Part shown: one piece after another, positions 52,066 through 62,233 of the stretch
How the letters are laid out: each line of letters begins with the position of its first letter
Position numbering within the stretch: position 1 is the stretch's first letter
Source: Poseidonia sp.
Lineage (GTDB): Archaea > Thermoplasmatota > Poseidoniia > Poseidoniales > Poseidoniaceae
Length of the DNA: 64,000 nucleotides
Reading direction: 5' to 3'
Assembly (NCBI GenBank): GCA_030741355.1
Contig: JASLVM010000004.1
Span: 1,889 to 65,888 of the forward strand
The notes under the pieces: generated by a model
Told to the model about the DNA's origin: nothing
Database searches by the model: none
Seen by the model: only the letters and a program-made list of their open reading frames with translations
Program-made: the position numbers and the translations under genes

Positions 52066-52818
52066 TCAAAAGACACCGTTTTGGTTGCACTTCTTACATC
52101 CCGCACCCTGACAATACGGACAGGTGGCCATCACGAGCAACTTGCTGCGTCGTCGGCTCATGGCAAGGCCCTTGTCGGATTGCAAGAAGCGTGAGCGCTC
52201 AACACGTTCCATGGTTCGCTTGTCGTGCTTTTCTGCGTTGAAGAATGACGTACGGAAGACCCCGGCTTTTTCACGGCGGCGATCGAGTTTGTCTCGAGTT
52301 TGTGCGACCGCTTCAGCCTCCCAATATTTGGGTCCACGAATCATAATGACACCCAAAACGGCAAACATGATCTGGACAACCCAAGGCTGGACGGGGAAAG
52401 GAAACATGGTAGCCAAACCCTCGGAGCTGGCCGATGTGGGTAGCAACGAAAGTCGATCCAGGACGGCAAGCGTACACAGGACCGAGCCCATGATGAAACC
52501 CAACTTTCGCAATCGGCGTGCCCATCCTTTGTTTTGTGGAAGTTCAAAACCGTAAACGAACAAAAACAGGCCCTCCATGAGCATGAGGACATCTGCCCCC
52601 GACCACTGACCCACTTCACCGAGGCAATAGGAGGTCCCTGTGTCTTTGAGTTCCTGCTCGACCGTGTCAAACGCACAACTGGGGTCGAACATCAAAAAAG
52701 CATCCAGTTTGTAGCCGTCGGCTCCGTCGATGACTTGAGGAGCAACGCTACCAAACTGGACATTAACGATGACAAACAACATCATCAAGAGGCCGAAAAG
52801 CGTGATAATTTTCCTCAT
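52066..52818 (-). CDS. Membrane protein with C-terminal DnaJ-type CxxCxGxG zinc-finger motif
   Basis: Several hydrophobic helices are present. The cytoplasmic basic tail ends in CPYCQGAGCKKCNQNG. ATG at 52816-52818 (GTG at 52833 is possible). Confidence 0.5.
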   Translation of the reverse strand: MRKIITLFGLLMMLFVIVNVQFGSVAPQVIDGADGYKLDAFLMFDPSCAFDTVEQELKDTGTSYCLGEVGQWSGADVLMLMEGLFLFVYGFELPQNKGWARRLRKLGFIMGSVLCTLAVLDRLSLLPTSASSEGLATMFPFPVQPWVVQIMFAVLGVIMIRGPKYWEAEAVAQTRDKLDRRREKAGVFRTSFFNAEKHDKRTMERVERSRFLQSDKGLAMSRRRSKLLVMATCPYCQGAGCKKCNQNGVF

Positions 52819-52907
52819 CGGCAGACGAAACACGCTAGGACCTCATCGTTTCCAACCCGCCATGATTCATAGTGATTACGAGAAAGAGGTCGTACGAGCA
52901 AGCCATC

Positions 52908-54611
52908 ATGGTCAAGAAGGGGAAAGCGGAGGCTGAACCACGGGAGGAGAAGGCCTTGGCCCACATCGCCATCATCGGAAGCGGCATCGCGGGTTTGTTT
53001 GCCGCCTCAAAACTGGCTGAAGCAGGCCACAACGTCTCCGTCATCACCAAACAACGCCCCAAAGATTCCTCGACCAACTGGGCACAGGGTGGCATCGCTG
53101 CCATTTTGGATAAAACAAACCAAGAGGGCATGGAAGCGCATGTCCAAGACACGCTTCGTTCGGGAGATGGCGGATGTGATGAAGCGGTGGTTCGGTCGAT
53201 CATCAGCGAAGCTGGCGACCGGATTCGTGATCTGATTCAAATCGGGGTTGAGTTTGAGAAAACATCCGATGGCTCCTATTCCTTCATCCGAGAGGGGGGC
53301 CACTCCAGTAAGCGAATATTGCACGCAAAAGACGCCACTGGAAAAGAGATTGAGCGGGCCTTAACCGCTTTTGCACGCCAACACCCAAACATCACACTCA
53401 GACCCAACACGCTCGCCATTGATTTGATTCAACGCCAACACGGAAACCCTGAGATGGGGGTTGCTGGCGTGTGGTGTTTGGACCAAGAAACGCAAAACGT
53501 CGTGAACATCGAGGCCGACGCCATCGTGCTCGCTACGGGCGGCGTTGGGCGTCTTTGGAAAGAGACCACTAACCCCGATGTCGCCACCGGAGATGGTTTG
53601 GCCATGGCCTATAGAACGGGCGCCAGCGTCGACCACTTGGCCTTTATCCAGTTTCATCCGACCGCGCTTGCCACGGAGGCTGAACGGCCGTTTCTCGTCT
53701 CAGAAGCCGTTCGAGGCGTGGGCGCTGTTTTGCTGGACGAGGAAGGTCTGGCATCATGGAACAAGGCCTGTGAATCAGCCCGCAAGCAAGGCGAAGTCGC
53801 ACCAGCGCCGGATCCGTTTTCCTTCACGCTGAAATACACGCCCGAAGGCTCGATGGCCACCCGGGATATCGTCGCTCGGGCCATCGATCAACAAATGAAA
53901 AAACACGGAACAAACCATGTCTATCTCATCACCTCACACCTTGATGAACCACTGAGCGAGAAGTTTCCCAATATCGCTCGCCGATTAGCGGAGGAGGGGT
54001 TGAGACTTGGAGAGGACCCGATACCGGTCGTTCCCGCTGCACATTACATGGTAGGGGGCGTTCGAGTTGATGATATCGGCCGCGCCTTTGTCCGTGAGCG
54101 AAATGAAATCATGCCCCACCTCTATGCGATTGGTGAAGTGGCAAGCACGGGAATGCACGGTGCAAACCGACTGGCTTCAAACAGCCTTCTCGAAGCGGTT
54201 GTTTTCGCTGAACGTGTGGCGCAACACCTCATTCAACATCCACCCCCACCGTACATTGGCACCCATCCTTCATGGCGGGCGGACGGCTTGGGGGCGCTGA
54301 AAGAACACGCCCCCATCATCCACGACCGCACCAGTTTGGTGAGAACCATGTCAGAAGAAGTGGGGATCGTCCGCTCCAATCAACGGTTGAAGCGAGCAAA
54401 ACGACGCTTGGACCTCCTGCAAAAAGAAGTGGACATGATGTGGAAGGGTTCACTCCCTACTCGGGAAATCGTGGAACTCCGCAACTTGTGTCTCATCGGT
54501 CAATTGGTCGTCCATGATGCACTCGGTCAAACCGAAAACAAAGGACTCCACTACAACGTGGACCTGTTCAAGGATGACACGCACGAACAAGTGAAGCCAG
54601 CATCTGATTGA
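52908..54611 (+). CDS. nadB: L-aspartate oxidase
   Basis: FAD fold IAIIGSGIAGLFAA, plus WAQGGIAA, HPTAL and RLASNSLLE blocks are present. ATG at 52908 is preferred over the track GTG at 52872. Confidence 0.9.
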   Translation: MVKKGKAEAEPREEKALAHIAIIGSGIAGLFAASKLAEAGHNVSVITKQRPKDSSTNWAQGGIAAILDKTNQEGMEAHVQDTLRSGDGGCDEAVVRSIISEAGDRIRDLIQIGVEFEKTSDGSYSFIREGGHSSKRILHAKDATGKEIERALTAFARQHPNITLRPNTLAIDLIQRQHGNPEMGVAGVWCLDQETQNVVNIEADAIVLATGGVGRLWKETTNPDVATGDGLAMAYRTGASVDHLAFIQFHPTALATEAERPFLVSEAVRGVGAVLLDEEGLASWNKACESARKQGEVAPAPDPFSFTLKYTPEGSMATRDIVARAIDQQMKKHGTNHVYLITSHLDEPLSEKFPNIARRLAEEGLRLGEDPIPVVPAAHYMVGGVRVDDIGRAFVRERNEIMPHLYAIGEVASTGMHGANRLASNSLLEAVVFAERVAQHLIQHPPPPYIGTHPSWRADGLGALKEHAPIIHDRTSLVRTMSEEVGIVRSNQRLKRAKRRLDLLQKEVDMMWKGSLPTREIVELRNLCLIGQLVVHDALGQTENKGLHYNVDLFKDDTHEQVKPASD

Positions 54612-55497
54612 TGGGTGCCGCCAACCCGTGGTGTTCAGCTCGCTCCACCACTGCTTGGTTCAGCGCACCGATTTCTGTTTGGCGCCCGGCCTTCACGTCC
54701 TGTAGCATGCTGCAAGTGTTGTCCCGTGTTTGTTCAAGGACGGTTCTCAATTGCTGTTCGAACACGTGCTCATCAGGGAGTTCAACTCGTTCCATCACGG
54801 CCACCGCCGAGGCTTCACGATAGACCATCATGCAAGCAGCAAACAGGTCGGGTTCAAGCAATTCTCCGTTTTTCAGCCCACCAAGCGCAGCCAAGGGATT
54901 GATGGCGAGATTGAGCATGACCTTTTTCCAAATCAAAGCAACAGGGTCAACCTCCACGAGGGCGTTCAATTGAGCCTCGTTGAGGAGATGAACCACGCGT
55001 TGAAGTTGATCGGATGGAGGACCAAGCGGCGTGGTGGCCATCGCTACAGCCCCATAACCCGCCCAAAAGGTGGGTCGGTCGGATTGAGTAAACGCCCCGT
55101 GAGTGGTGCTGGCAGCCAGTACACGCGTGGGACCGAGGATTCGAGACAGGACCTCGACATGACCCAAGCCGTTGGAAAGGGCGAACGCAACACCGTTCGG
55201 CTTCAAAAACGCCGTTGCCCGTTGAGCCAAATGAGGTACATCGTACGATTTACAGGCAAGAATCACAAGGTCCGACCCTTGATTCAGTTCGAGTTCATGT
55301 GGAAGCTCCTCGCATGAATACAGAAACCGGTTGGGCTCAAAGTTGAGGGTGCGGTGACCTTCAATCCCGAGGCCCTCGAGCATTTGTTGAGCCCCTCGCT
55401 CCCCACGAACATGAAGATGGACCTCAGCCGTGGTTGAGGCAAGACTTGAGGCAACGATGCTGCCGATGGAACCAACGCCCAAAACGGAAACTCGCAT
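54568..55497 (-). CDS. panE: 2-dehydropantoate 2-reductase (ketopantoate reductase, PanE/ApbA family)
   Basis: Rossmann VLGVGSIGS, plus WKKVMLNLAINPLAAL and SMLQDVKAGRQTEIGALNQAVV blocks are present. Confidence 0.75.
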   Translation of the reverse strand: MRVSVLGVGSIGSIVASSLASTTAEVHLHVRGERGAQQMLEGLGIEGHRTLNFEPNRFLYSCEELPHELELNQGSDLVILACKSYDVPHLAQRATAFLKPNGVAFALSNGLGHVEVLSRILGPTRVLAASTTHGAFTQSDRPTFWAGYGAVAMATTPLGPPSDQLQRVVHLLNEAQLNALVEVDPVALIWKKVMLNLAINPLAALGGLKNGELLEPDLFAACMMVYREASAVAVMERVELPDEHVFEQQLRTVLEQTRDNTCSMLQDVKAGRQTEIGALNQAVVERAEHHGLAAPINQMLASLVRACHP

Positions 55498-55506
55498 ACC
55501 ATCACC

Positions 55507-58044
55507 TCACTGATAACTCGATAGATGCAGGACGACGGAGCCCGCCTCGTAGGTCAACCACATGGTGGCAAGCGGAGCATCAGGGGGCGTTAACGTGAAG
55601 GTGGTGTCGCCGGGGCTCAAAGCGTTCCCATCCCAGTTGTGGACCCAATCTTCACCAAAACTACCACCTCGGTCAAGTCTGAAGGGGACCGTCTCGTTGG
55701 CCGGGTTGTGAAGGGTAAAGGTCGTCATGCCGGTGTTGAGAAGGGTCCCGTTGGTGGCGAGAGCCCAAGGCGTGGTCCAAAACCGAGAAGTGGAATTCAT
55801 CCACGTCACCATCAATTCGGGACCTTGGACGACTTTGAAAGAGAGGTCCGGGTATGGATTGTAAGCGTCTCTGCAAAGCGTGAGGTTGGCTCCATCGGGG
55901 ACCAGGAGCGTCAAATTCTGCGTGGGTTGAAGAGAGGGGAGTTGGGCAGCCGTTCGCAAATTCATGTCCCAAATCCACGGACCGGATTCAGGTCGAACCG
56001 GGGTGTTCAAACTCGCATTGAGCGGGCAATGCTCTGCGTCCATTGACAAAACTCCCTCGCCGTCAAACAAAGCACCCCAACCGGTTGGATGGCCAGGGGC
56101 GATCTGCCAGCCCTCGGCAGGCACATGGGCCACCAACGGCCTTCGCTCGGGCAACGACGGCGAGAAGGTGTGGTTGTTGAGATGGAGAATGGCCATTGAT
56201 GGGTCAAACACCATCGGGTCAAGACCGGCCAAACAAAATTGAGGGGGGACTTCGGTGAGGTTCACTTCCATGGTTGACTCACCGGGTATGTTGACGAGTT
56301 GCGTTTGGAGACCGTCATGTGGCGTAAAACCCGTGCTGATGTTGAGCGAGGTTGAATTCATCAAACTCCCGTCCAAATCAATGCAGCGGTGGACATAGGA
56401 CCCTGCCGGGACATCGTACCATTGCGATGCAGGTACCACCTCAAGAGAGGGACGCACTTGAACGGGAACGGCTTCGTGCTCTCCGTTGATGGCCACGACA
56501 TAACTGAGGTTCGCCATCGTAGGTTGGTTTGCCCCGGACCATGTGAGGTTCATCCAGAAAAACGCCGTCCGTTTTGGAAGAAGATCAGAACCGCAACCCA
56601 GGCCGTCAATCGTGTATGTTTCTTCACCGTCGCAGTCCCAAGAAATGCTCCATGCCTGATCGGGTTGCTCGAGGTAGGCCGAAACAGCGTACGGCTTCAT
56701 CAGCGCCGAGGGGTTTGCCACGCGGACTTCCGTGGTGGAAAGCCACGTACCGTCCTCTTGGAGAGTGGCTGGTTCTGGTGAAATCAACTGATGCGTCAAC
56801 GGGTCATCCCATCCCGTCTCATGGAATACGGGTTGGCCAGCAGGAAGGAGAAGGACGAAGACAAAGAGGAGGAGCAATCCCATTCGACTGTGTTCGGTTT
56901 CGCTAAGCCCGGTTGTCTCGTCTAAAATAAGCGGTATTCGGAGGTCATTACCAAAGAAAAACAACAGGGGCAATAGCAAAGCGAAAACCAGGAACCAAAG
57001 TGAAAACTGTTCGAACACGCCGAAAACATAAGCGGTGAATAAACCGAGCACAAGAATCAGACTTTGCGTGCTTGAACTGCGGGCATCAAAGAGACCCATG
57101 CGTGCAATGAGAAGACGCCCTCCCGGCAAGGTGGGAACGGGCAGGACCGAAATCCAAGCGAAAAGCATCAGCATGCCTCCAACATGGACCCAGGGGTGCG
57201 CCCACAAGATACGGACAAAGGCGTCGTTTTGTCCAAATCCGTCAGCGAGCAACGAAAGGAAGAGAGGAGGTGCAGAAACCAGAGGCATCGTGGCGGACGC
57301 CAAATATTCCGGCGTCATCGAAATTCCTGCAAACATCAACATGGCTCCCGCCCCACCCAGCATCAGCGGTACGCTCAGAGCCGTATAGCCCAGAGACGCT
57401 CTGTTGGGCCAAGGGCGAGCATCCATTCTCGGCATCGTTGGAAGAAGCAGAATCCCAAAAGGCCAGACCAACCATGAGGAGGGGAAAAGCCCGAGGGCGT
57501 ACAGGGCGATGGTGAAATCGGGCACGGGCAGGAGGTGGCCACTCCGAACACCAAATCGCTTGGCGACCCTGCGCTGAAGAGTTGAAGCAAGGAACAAGAC
57601 GAGAAGGGCTGGCAGCGTGTAACCGATGAGGGCGTCGACCAAAGAGGAGGAATGAAACCAGCCCTCAGCAGGGCGTGCGCCAGCCATCCAAAGATCGCCT
57701 GCGAGGGTGAGCGTCAAAAAAGAAAGAGCCCAAAAGAGAACAACCGTATTGAGGCGAGGGAATTGGCGTTCAGGGGCCGGAAAGACGGTCACTACCCAAT
57801 CTTCGTCCTTGGTCAATTTCGCCATCCAACCCAAGCGGTCAAGGTGAGCGTTGAGGCGAATCAAGTCATCATGAACGTCATCGTCAAGAGCCGCAACACA
57901 CCATGAAGGCCAACGGCCTCCGTTTTTTCGTAGGACGGTGAAGTAGGATTGAAGGGTCGAACCGAGCAATTCGTGTTGCGACCATGCTTTTTTGTGATGC
58001 GGCAATCCAGAGGGAGAAGTTGACGAATCTTCGCTCACGGTCAA
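55507..58044 (-). CDS. M50 (site-2 protease)-like polytopic membrane protein with large glycosylation-sequon-rich ectodomain; zinc ligands apparently lost
   Basis: The segment LASTLQRRVAKRFGV aligns with HExxHxxxAxxxGV of M50. The segment LPVPTLPGGRLL aligns with LPxxPLDGG. The C-terminal roughly 430 aa carry at least 12 N-x-S/T sequons. The start is uncertain: TTG at 58044 or GTG at 58038 after GGGGGG. Confidence 0.55.
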   Translation of the reverse strand: MTVSEDSSTSPSGLPHHKKAWSQHELLGSTLQSYFTVLRKNGGRWPSWCVAALDDDVHDDLIRLNAHLDRLGWMAKLTKDEDWVVTVFPAPERQFPRLNTVVLFWALSFLTLTLAGDLWMAGARPAEGWFHSSSLVDALIGYTLPALLVLFLASTLQRRVAKRFGVRSGHLLPVPDFTIALYALGLFPSSWLVWPFGILLLPTMPRMDARPWPNRASLGYTALSVPLMLGGAGAMLMFAGISMTPEYLASATMPLVSAPPLFLSLLADGFGQNDAFVRILWAHPWVHVGGMLMLFAWISVLPVPTLPGGRLLIARMGLFDARSSSTQSLILVLGLFTAYVFGVFEQFSLWFLVFALLLPLLFFFGNDLRIPLILDETTGLSETEHSRMGLLLLFVFVLLLPAGQPVFHETGWDDPLTHQLISPEPATLQEDGTWLSTTEVRVANPSALMKPYAVSAYLEQPDQAWSISWDCDGEETYTIDGLGCGSDLLPKRTAFFWMNLTWSGANQPTMANLSYVVAINGEHEAVPVQVRPSLEVVPASQWYDVPAGSYVHRCIDLDGSLMNSTSLNISTGFTPHDGLQTQLVNIPGESTMEVNLTEVPPQFCLAGLDPMVFDPSMAILHLNNHTFSPSLPERRPLVAHVPAEGWQIAPGHPTGWGALFDGEGVLSMDAEHCPLNASLNTPVRPESGPWIWDMNLRTAAQLPSLQPTQNLTLLVPDGANLTLCRDAYNPYPDLSFKVVQGPELMVTWMNSTSRFWTTPWALATNGTLLNTGMTTFTLHNPANETVPFRLDRGGSFGEDWVHNWDGNALSPGDTTFTLTPPDAPLATMWLTYEAGSVVLHLSSYQ

Positions 58045-58108
58045 CCCCCCTTGTCGTCATGGTGTGGGCCCTCCTCCATGAATCCCTCGTAAAGGGGTGG
58101 AGAAAGAA

Positions 58109-58726
58109 TCACTTGTTCTTGAATCGCTTCAGACGGAAAGTTTCCTCGCGTTCCATTTCTTCAAGACGAAGTTGAATGAAGACCTTGGCTTCCTCAAGTT
58201 CTGGGATGACCTTGAACTCGAGGGCATTGACACGACGCTTGGTAGCTTCAATTTCAGCCAAAAGGCGCTTCAACGTGGCTTCCATTTCGGATGCCGTTAC
58301 GATTTTTTCAATCAATTCGCTGAAGGAATCGCTGGCTTCATCGATGTAAGGCGATGAGCCGATGAAACCAATCCCTCGCTCGGCAAAGGTGGACTTGAGG
58401 TTGCTTCCGCTGACGCTTGGAACAACCACACCCATGATGTTGCGGCGTTCAACCTCAACTTCTGGGTGGGCGGAGTTTGCGATGGCCGCAGCACGAACAG
58501 CCAAACCACCTTCGATGGCGTTGGCCAAGTCAATACGAGTCTTGGCAAGACGATAGGCGTCGGTCAGATCTCGCTTCGCTTCAATCATCTCCGAAAGAAG
58601 GGTACGGAACTCGTGGAAGAGACCGTCTCGCTTCATTTTCAGCAACTTGTAACCGTTCTTGGTCTGCTTGATTCGAGCCTTGAGTTTGATGAGTTCGCTG
58701 CGGGTTGGTTTGATGTCCAATGCCAT
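58109..58726 (-). CDS. atpD: A-type ATP synthase subunit D
   Basis: MALDIKPTRSELIKLKARIKQTKNGYKLLKMKRDGL is the typical V/A-ATPase D N-terminus. It is the last gene of the operon. Confidence 0.9.
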   Translation of the reverse strand: MALDIKPTRSELIKLKARIKQTKNGYKLLKMKRDGLFHEFRTLLSEMIEAKRDLTDAYRLAKTRIDLANAIEGGLAVRAAAIANSAHPEVEVERRNIMGVVVPSVSGSNLKSTFAERGIGFIGSSPYIDEASDSFSELIEKIVTASEMEATLKRLLAEIEATKRRVNALEFKVIPELEEAKVFIQLRLEEMEREETFRLKRFKNK

Positions 58727-58761
58727 GCTTTCTCACCTCCGTCATTCGAATTTTGGAACGC

Positions 58762-60147
58762 TCACTCGCGGTTGTCTGGGTGGTACTTCTCAATCCACTT
58801 TTGGTCAAGACGGACGAGGTACTTCGTGTCGATGGAAGACATCAGCGTCCAGCACAAGTCAAGGGTTTCGTTGATCGAGCGGTCTTCGTCTCGAGATTGT
58901 CGAAGGAACTGGTCTTCGAACACACCGGAGAAGTCCAAGAGTTGCTTATCACGCTCGTTGAGGGCATCTTCACCAACAATGGCGACCAATCCACGAAGTT
59001 CTCGACCCTGAGCGTACGCAGCGTACATCTGGTCGGAAACCGATTTGTGGTCCTCACGGGTGGTTTCGGCACCAATACAGGAACCCATCAGTCGAGACAA
59101 TGAAGGCAAGACGTTGATGGGCGGATAGATACCCTGCTGATGGAGTTCACGACTGATAACAATCTGACCTTCAGTGATGTATCCGGAAAGGTCGGGAATC
59201 GGGTGCGTGATGTCATCACCAGGCATGGTGAGAATGGGGAATTGGGTGATGGACCCCTTCTTGCCCTTCACGATACCAGCACGCTCGTAGAGCATGGCCA
59301 AATCCGTGTACATGTATCCGGGGTAGCCACGTCGACCAGGCACTTCTTCACGAGCAGCACCAATTTGTCGCAGTGCATCACAGTAGTTCGTCATGTCCGT
59401 GTAGATGACCAGAACGTGGTAGTCCTTCTCAAAGGCGAGGTATTCAGCCGCGGTCAAAGCAAGACGAGGCGTAATGATTCGCTCAACAGCTGGGTCGTCG
59501 GCAAGGTTGACGAACAACACAGCGTTTTCGAGAGCACCGGTTCGCTCCAAGTCAGAACGGAAGAAGTTGTATTCTTCAGCGGTGATACCCATGGCGCAGA
59601 ACACCACAATGAACTCCTCATCGGAATCCTTGAGCTTGGCTTGGCGAGCAATCTGCAAGGCGATGTCGTTGTGGGGCAGACCCGATGCTGAAAAGATCGG
59701 GAGTTTCTGTCCACGAACAAGCGTCGTACAACAGTCAATGGCAGAGATACCCGTCTGAATGAAGTCGTGGGGTGATTGTCGGCTGTAGGGGTTGATGGCC
59801 GCACCGATGATGTCTGCTTTTTCGTCAGCCACGATTTCTGGGCCACCATCACGAGGACGGCCGGCACCATCGAGAATTCGTCCAACCAAATCGGTGCTCA
59901 CGGGGAGTTTGAAGACATCGCCCATGAAGGTGACACCGGTTTCTCGGTTGATTTTAGCCGTGCCTTCAAACACTTGAACGATGACAAGGTCGTCCGAGGT
60001 GTCAAGCACTTGGCCGTTCTTGATGTCGCCGTTGGCGAGTCGGAGGGTAACGATTTCACCAAACGCAACGGGCTCGGTTTTGTTCAAAAAGACCAAGGGG
60101 CCCTTCACGTCGGTAATGGTTCGGTATTCTTTTCCAGTCATCTTCAT
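58762..60147 (-). CDS. atpB: A-type ATP synthase subunit B
   Basis: 461 aa. The V/A-type B subunit pattern holds along the full length ([37 protein letters not shown]). Confidence 0.95.
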   Translation of the reverse strand: MKMTGKEYRTITDVKGPLVFLNKTEPVAFGEIVTLRLANGDIKNGQVLDTSDDLVIVQVFEGTAKINRETGVTFMGDVFKLPVSTDLVGRILDGAGRPRDGGPEIVADEKADIIGAAINPYSRQSPHDFIQTGISAIDCCTTLVRGQKLPIFSASGLPHNDIALQIARQAKLKDSDEEFIVVFCAMGITAEEYNFFRSDLERTGALENAVLFVNLADDPAVERIITPRLALTAAEYLAFEKDYHVLVIYTDMTNYCDALRQIGAAREEVPGRRGYPGYMYTDLAMLYERAGIVKGKKGSITQFPILTMPGDDITHPIPDLSGYITEGQIVISRELHQQGIYPPINVLPSLSRLMGSCIGAETTREDHKSVSDQMYAAYAQGRELRGLVAIVGEDALNERDKQLLDFSGVFEDQFLRQSRDEDRSINETLDLCWTLMSSIDTKYLVRLDQKWIEKYHPDNRE

Positions 60148-60154
60148 CCTCTCC

Positions 60155-61894
60155 TCAGTTGGCCTCCACGGCGTTGGCGATTTGTTCGTTCATTTCCTTG
60201 ACCATCTCTTCGATGCGGTCAATGTAGCCCTTTTCGAATCGGCCACGCATCAAGTCTGAGCGGGCGGGCACGTTCACAACATCGTTGAGCAGAGCACCGT
60301 CTGCCATGGCACCCTTTGCTGCTTCTTGGAAGGAAAGGATGGCCTTGGCCATGTGGTACTGCAGGTGAATGTCGCAGTATGCATCGACATCGTGGAACCC
60401 GTTTTGCTGCAAGAAGAACTCACGAATCATACGGGCGACTTCCAAGGTCAACTGCTGGTCAACAGGCAGGGCATCGGAACCGACCAACTGGACGATTTCT
60501 TGCAACTCAGCCTCAATTTGGAGCAATCCGCTGATTTGGGTACGGATTTCGGGGAAATCCTGTGCGATGTTGTCTCGGAACCACTGGTCGAGACTCTGCG
60601 GGTAGAGCGAATAGGAGTTCAGCCAGTTGATGGCGGGGAAGTGGCGTTGTCGAGCCAGACCGGCGTCAAGTCCCCAGAACACCTTCACGATACGAAGGGT
60701 ACCTTGGGACACCGGTTCGGAGATGTCTCCACCAGGTGGCGACACAGCACCGATGACCGTGACCGAGCCGTCGTCGCCGTTGAGGGTTTCAACACGACCT
60801 GCTCGTTCGTAGAACTCGGCAATTCGAGAAGAAAGGTAAGCAGGGTAGCCTTCCTCACCGGGCATCTCTTCCAAACGGGACGAAATCTCACGCATGGCTT
60901 CAGCCCAACGGGAGGTTGAATCGGCCATGAGGGCCACGTCGTAGCCCATGTCTCGGAAGTACTCGGCGATGGTGATTCCGGTGTACACGGAAGCCTCACG
61001 GGCAGCCACAGGCATGTTGGAGGTGTTGGCGATCATGACGGTTCGGTTCATGAGCGGCTTACCGGTGTTTGGGTCAATCAAGTGAGGGAACTCGTCCAAC
61101 ACTTCGGTCATCTCGTTTCCACGTTCACCGCAGCCGATGTAAACAACAAGCTGTGCGTCAGAATACTTGGCTAGAGACTGCTGAGTGACGGTCTTTCCTG
61201 AACCGAACGGACCAGGAATACCTGCAGCACCGCCCTTGGCGAGCGGGAACAGGAAGTCCAGAATGCGCATACCGGTCACCAGTGGGGTGTCGGGTGCGTA
61301 CTTCTGGGTGTAAGGACGAGGGGAACGGACGGGCCACTTCTGCATCATCTGCAACTCTGTGCCGTCTTCGAACACACAAACGGTTTGTGTGACGTTGAAA
61401 TCGCCTGACTCGATGGACTTGACCTTGCCGGACTTGCCGGGTGGGACCATGATCTTGTGAACGATGGTTTCGGTCTCTTGGACGTGGCCAATCACTTGGC
61501 CGCTGACCACTTCATCGCCCTTGGCCACTTGAGGTTCAAACGTCCAGGTCTTCTCCATGTCGAAAGCGTCGGCATCAACACCACGAGTGATGAAAACACC
61601 CATGACTTCCTCAAGGGTAGCAAGAGGTCGCTGAATACCGTCGTAAATCTGGGTCAGGAGGCCAGGCCCAAGGGAAACGGACAACGTCTCTTCGGTGTTC
61701 AACACGGGCTCGCCAGGTCGAATACCCGAGGTGTCTTCGTACACCTGGATAACAGCCTTGTCGCCGTGCAGTTCAATCACTTCGCCCATCAAACCTTCAT
61801 GGCCAACACGCACAACGTCATACATTGCTGCGTTCATGCCCGTCGCGGTTACGACAGGTCCCGAAATTCGGTAAATCACTCCTTCATTGCTCAT
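60155..61894 (-). CDS. atpA: A-type ATP synthase catalytic subunit A
   Basis: 579 aa. Walker [10 protein letters not shown] and [10 protein letters not shown] are present. There is no intein insertion. Confidence 0.96.
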   Translation of the reverse strand: MSNEGVIYRISGPVVTATGMNAAMYDVVRVGHEGLMGEVIELHGDKAVIQVYEDTSGIRPGEPVLNTEETLSVSLGPGLLTQIYDGIQRPLATLEEVMGVFITRGVDADAFDMEKTWTFEPQVAKGDEVVSGQVIGHVQETETIVHKIMVPPGKSGKVKSIESGDFNVTQTVCVFEDGTELQMMQKWPVRSPRPYTQKYAPDTPLVTGMRILDFLFPLAKGGAAGIPGPFGSGKTVTQQSLAKYSDAQLVVYIGCGERGNEMTEVLDEFPHLIDPNTGKPLMNRTVMIANTSNMPVAAREASVYTGITIAEYFRDMGYDVALMADSTSRWAEAMREISSRLEEMPGEEGYPAYLSSRIAEFYERAGRVETLNGDDGSVTVIGAVSPPGGDISEPVSQGTLRIVKVFWGLDAGLARQRHFPAINWLNSYSLYPQSLDQWFRDNIAQDFPEIRTQISGLLQIEAELQEIVQLVGSDALPVDQQLTLEVARMIREFFLQQNGFHDVDAYCDIHLQYHMAKAILSFQEAAKGAMADGALLNDVVNVPARSDLMRGRFEKGYIDRIEEMVKEMNEQIANAVEAN

Positions 61895-61924
61895 TTTTTC
61901 TTCCTCCTGTTTTTGGTTGGAACT

Positions 61925-62224
61925 TCACTTCCACAAATCGACTCCTATGGCCTTACGAATGGTATCTCGCAAGGTGGTGTCTTCCTCCGTTCCGATGCCG
62001 AGCACGGTGGGAGAAACGGACGCCGACAATTGATCTCTCAATCGGTCGGGCAACGTGGTCATCACGGCGGAGTCGACCACCACGATACCAACGCTTTTGC
62101 TGTTGAGGAGCGAACGAAGTGCGGCGTGCAATTCGTCATCGCTCTCGGGATTATGAAGATTGGACACTCCAGCAAGCTGGAAGCCAAGGGTAAAGGCGGG
62201 TGAACCAACGACTGCGATATCCAT
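61925..62224 (-). CDS. atpF: A-type ATP synthase subunit F
   Basis: 99 aa. MDIAVVGSPAFTLGFQLAGV is the typical subunit F start. It sits between C and A. Confidence 0.85.
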   Translation of the reverse strand: MDIAVVGSPAFTLGFQLAGVSNLHNPESDDELHAALRSLLNSKSVGIVVVDSAVMTTLPDRLRDQLSASVSPTVLGIGTEEDTTLRDTIRKAIGVDLWK

Positions 62225-62233
62225 GATTTCACC

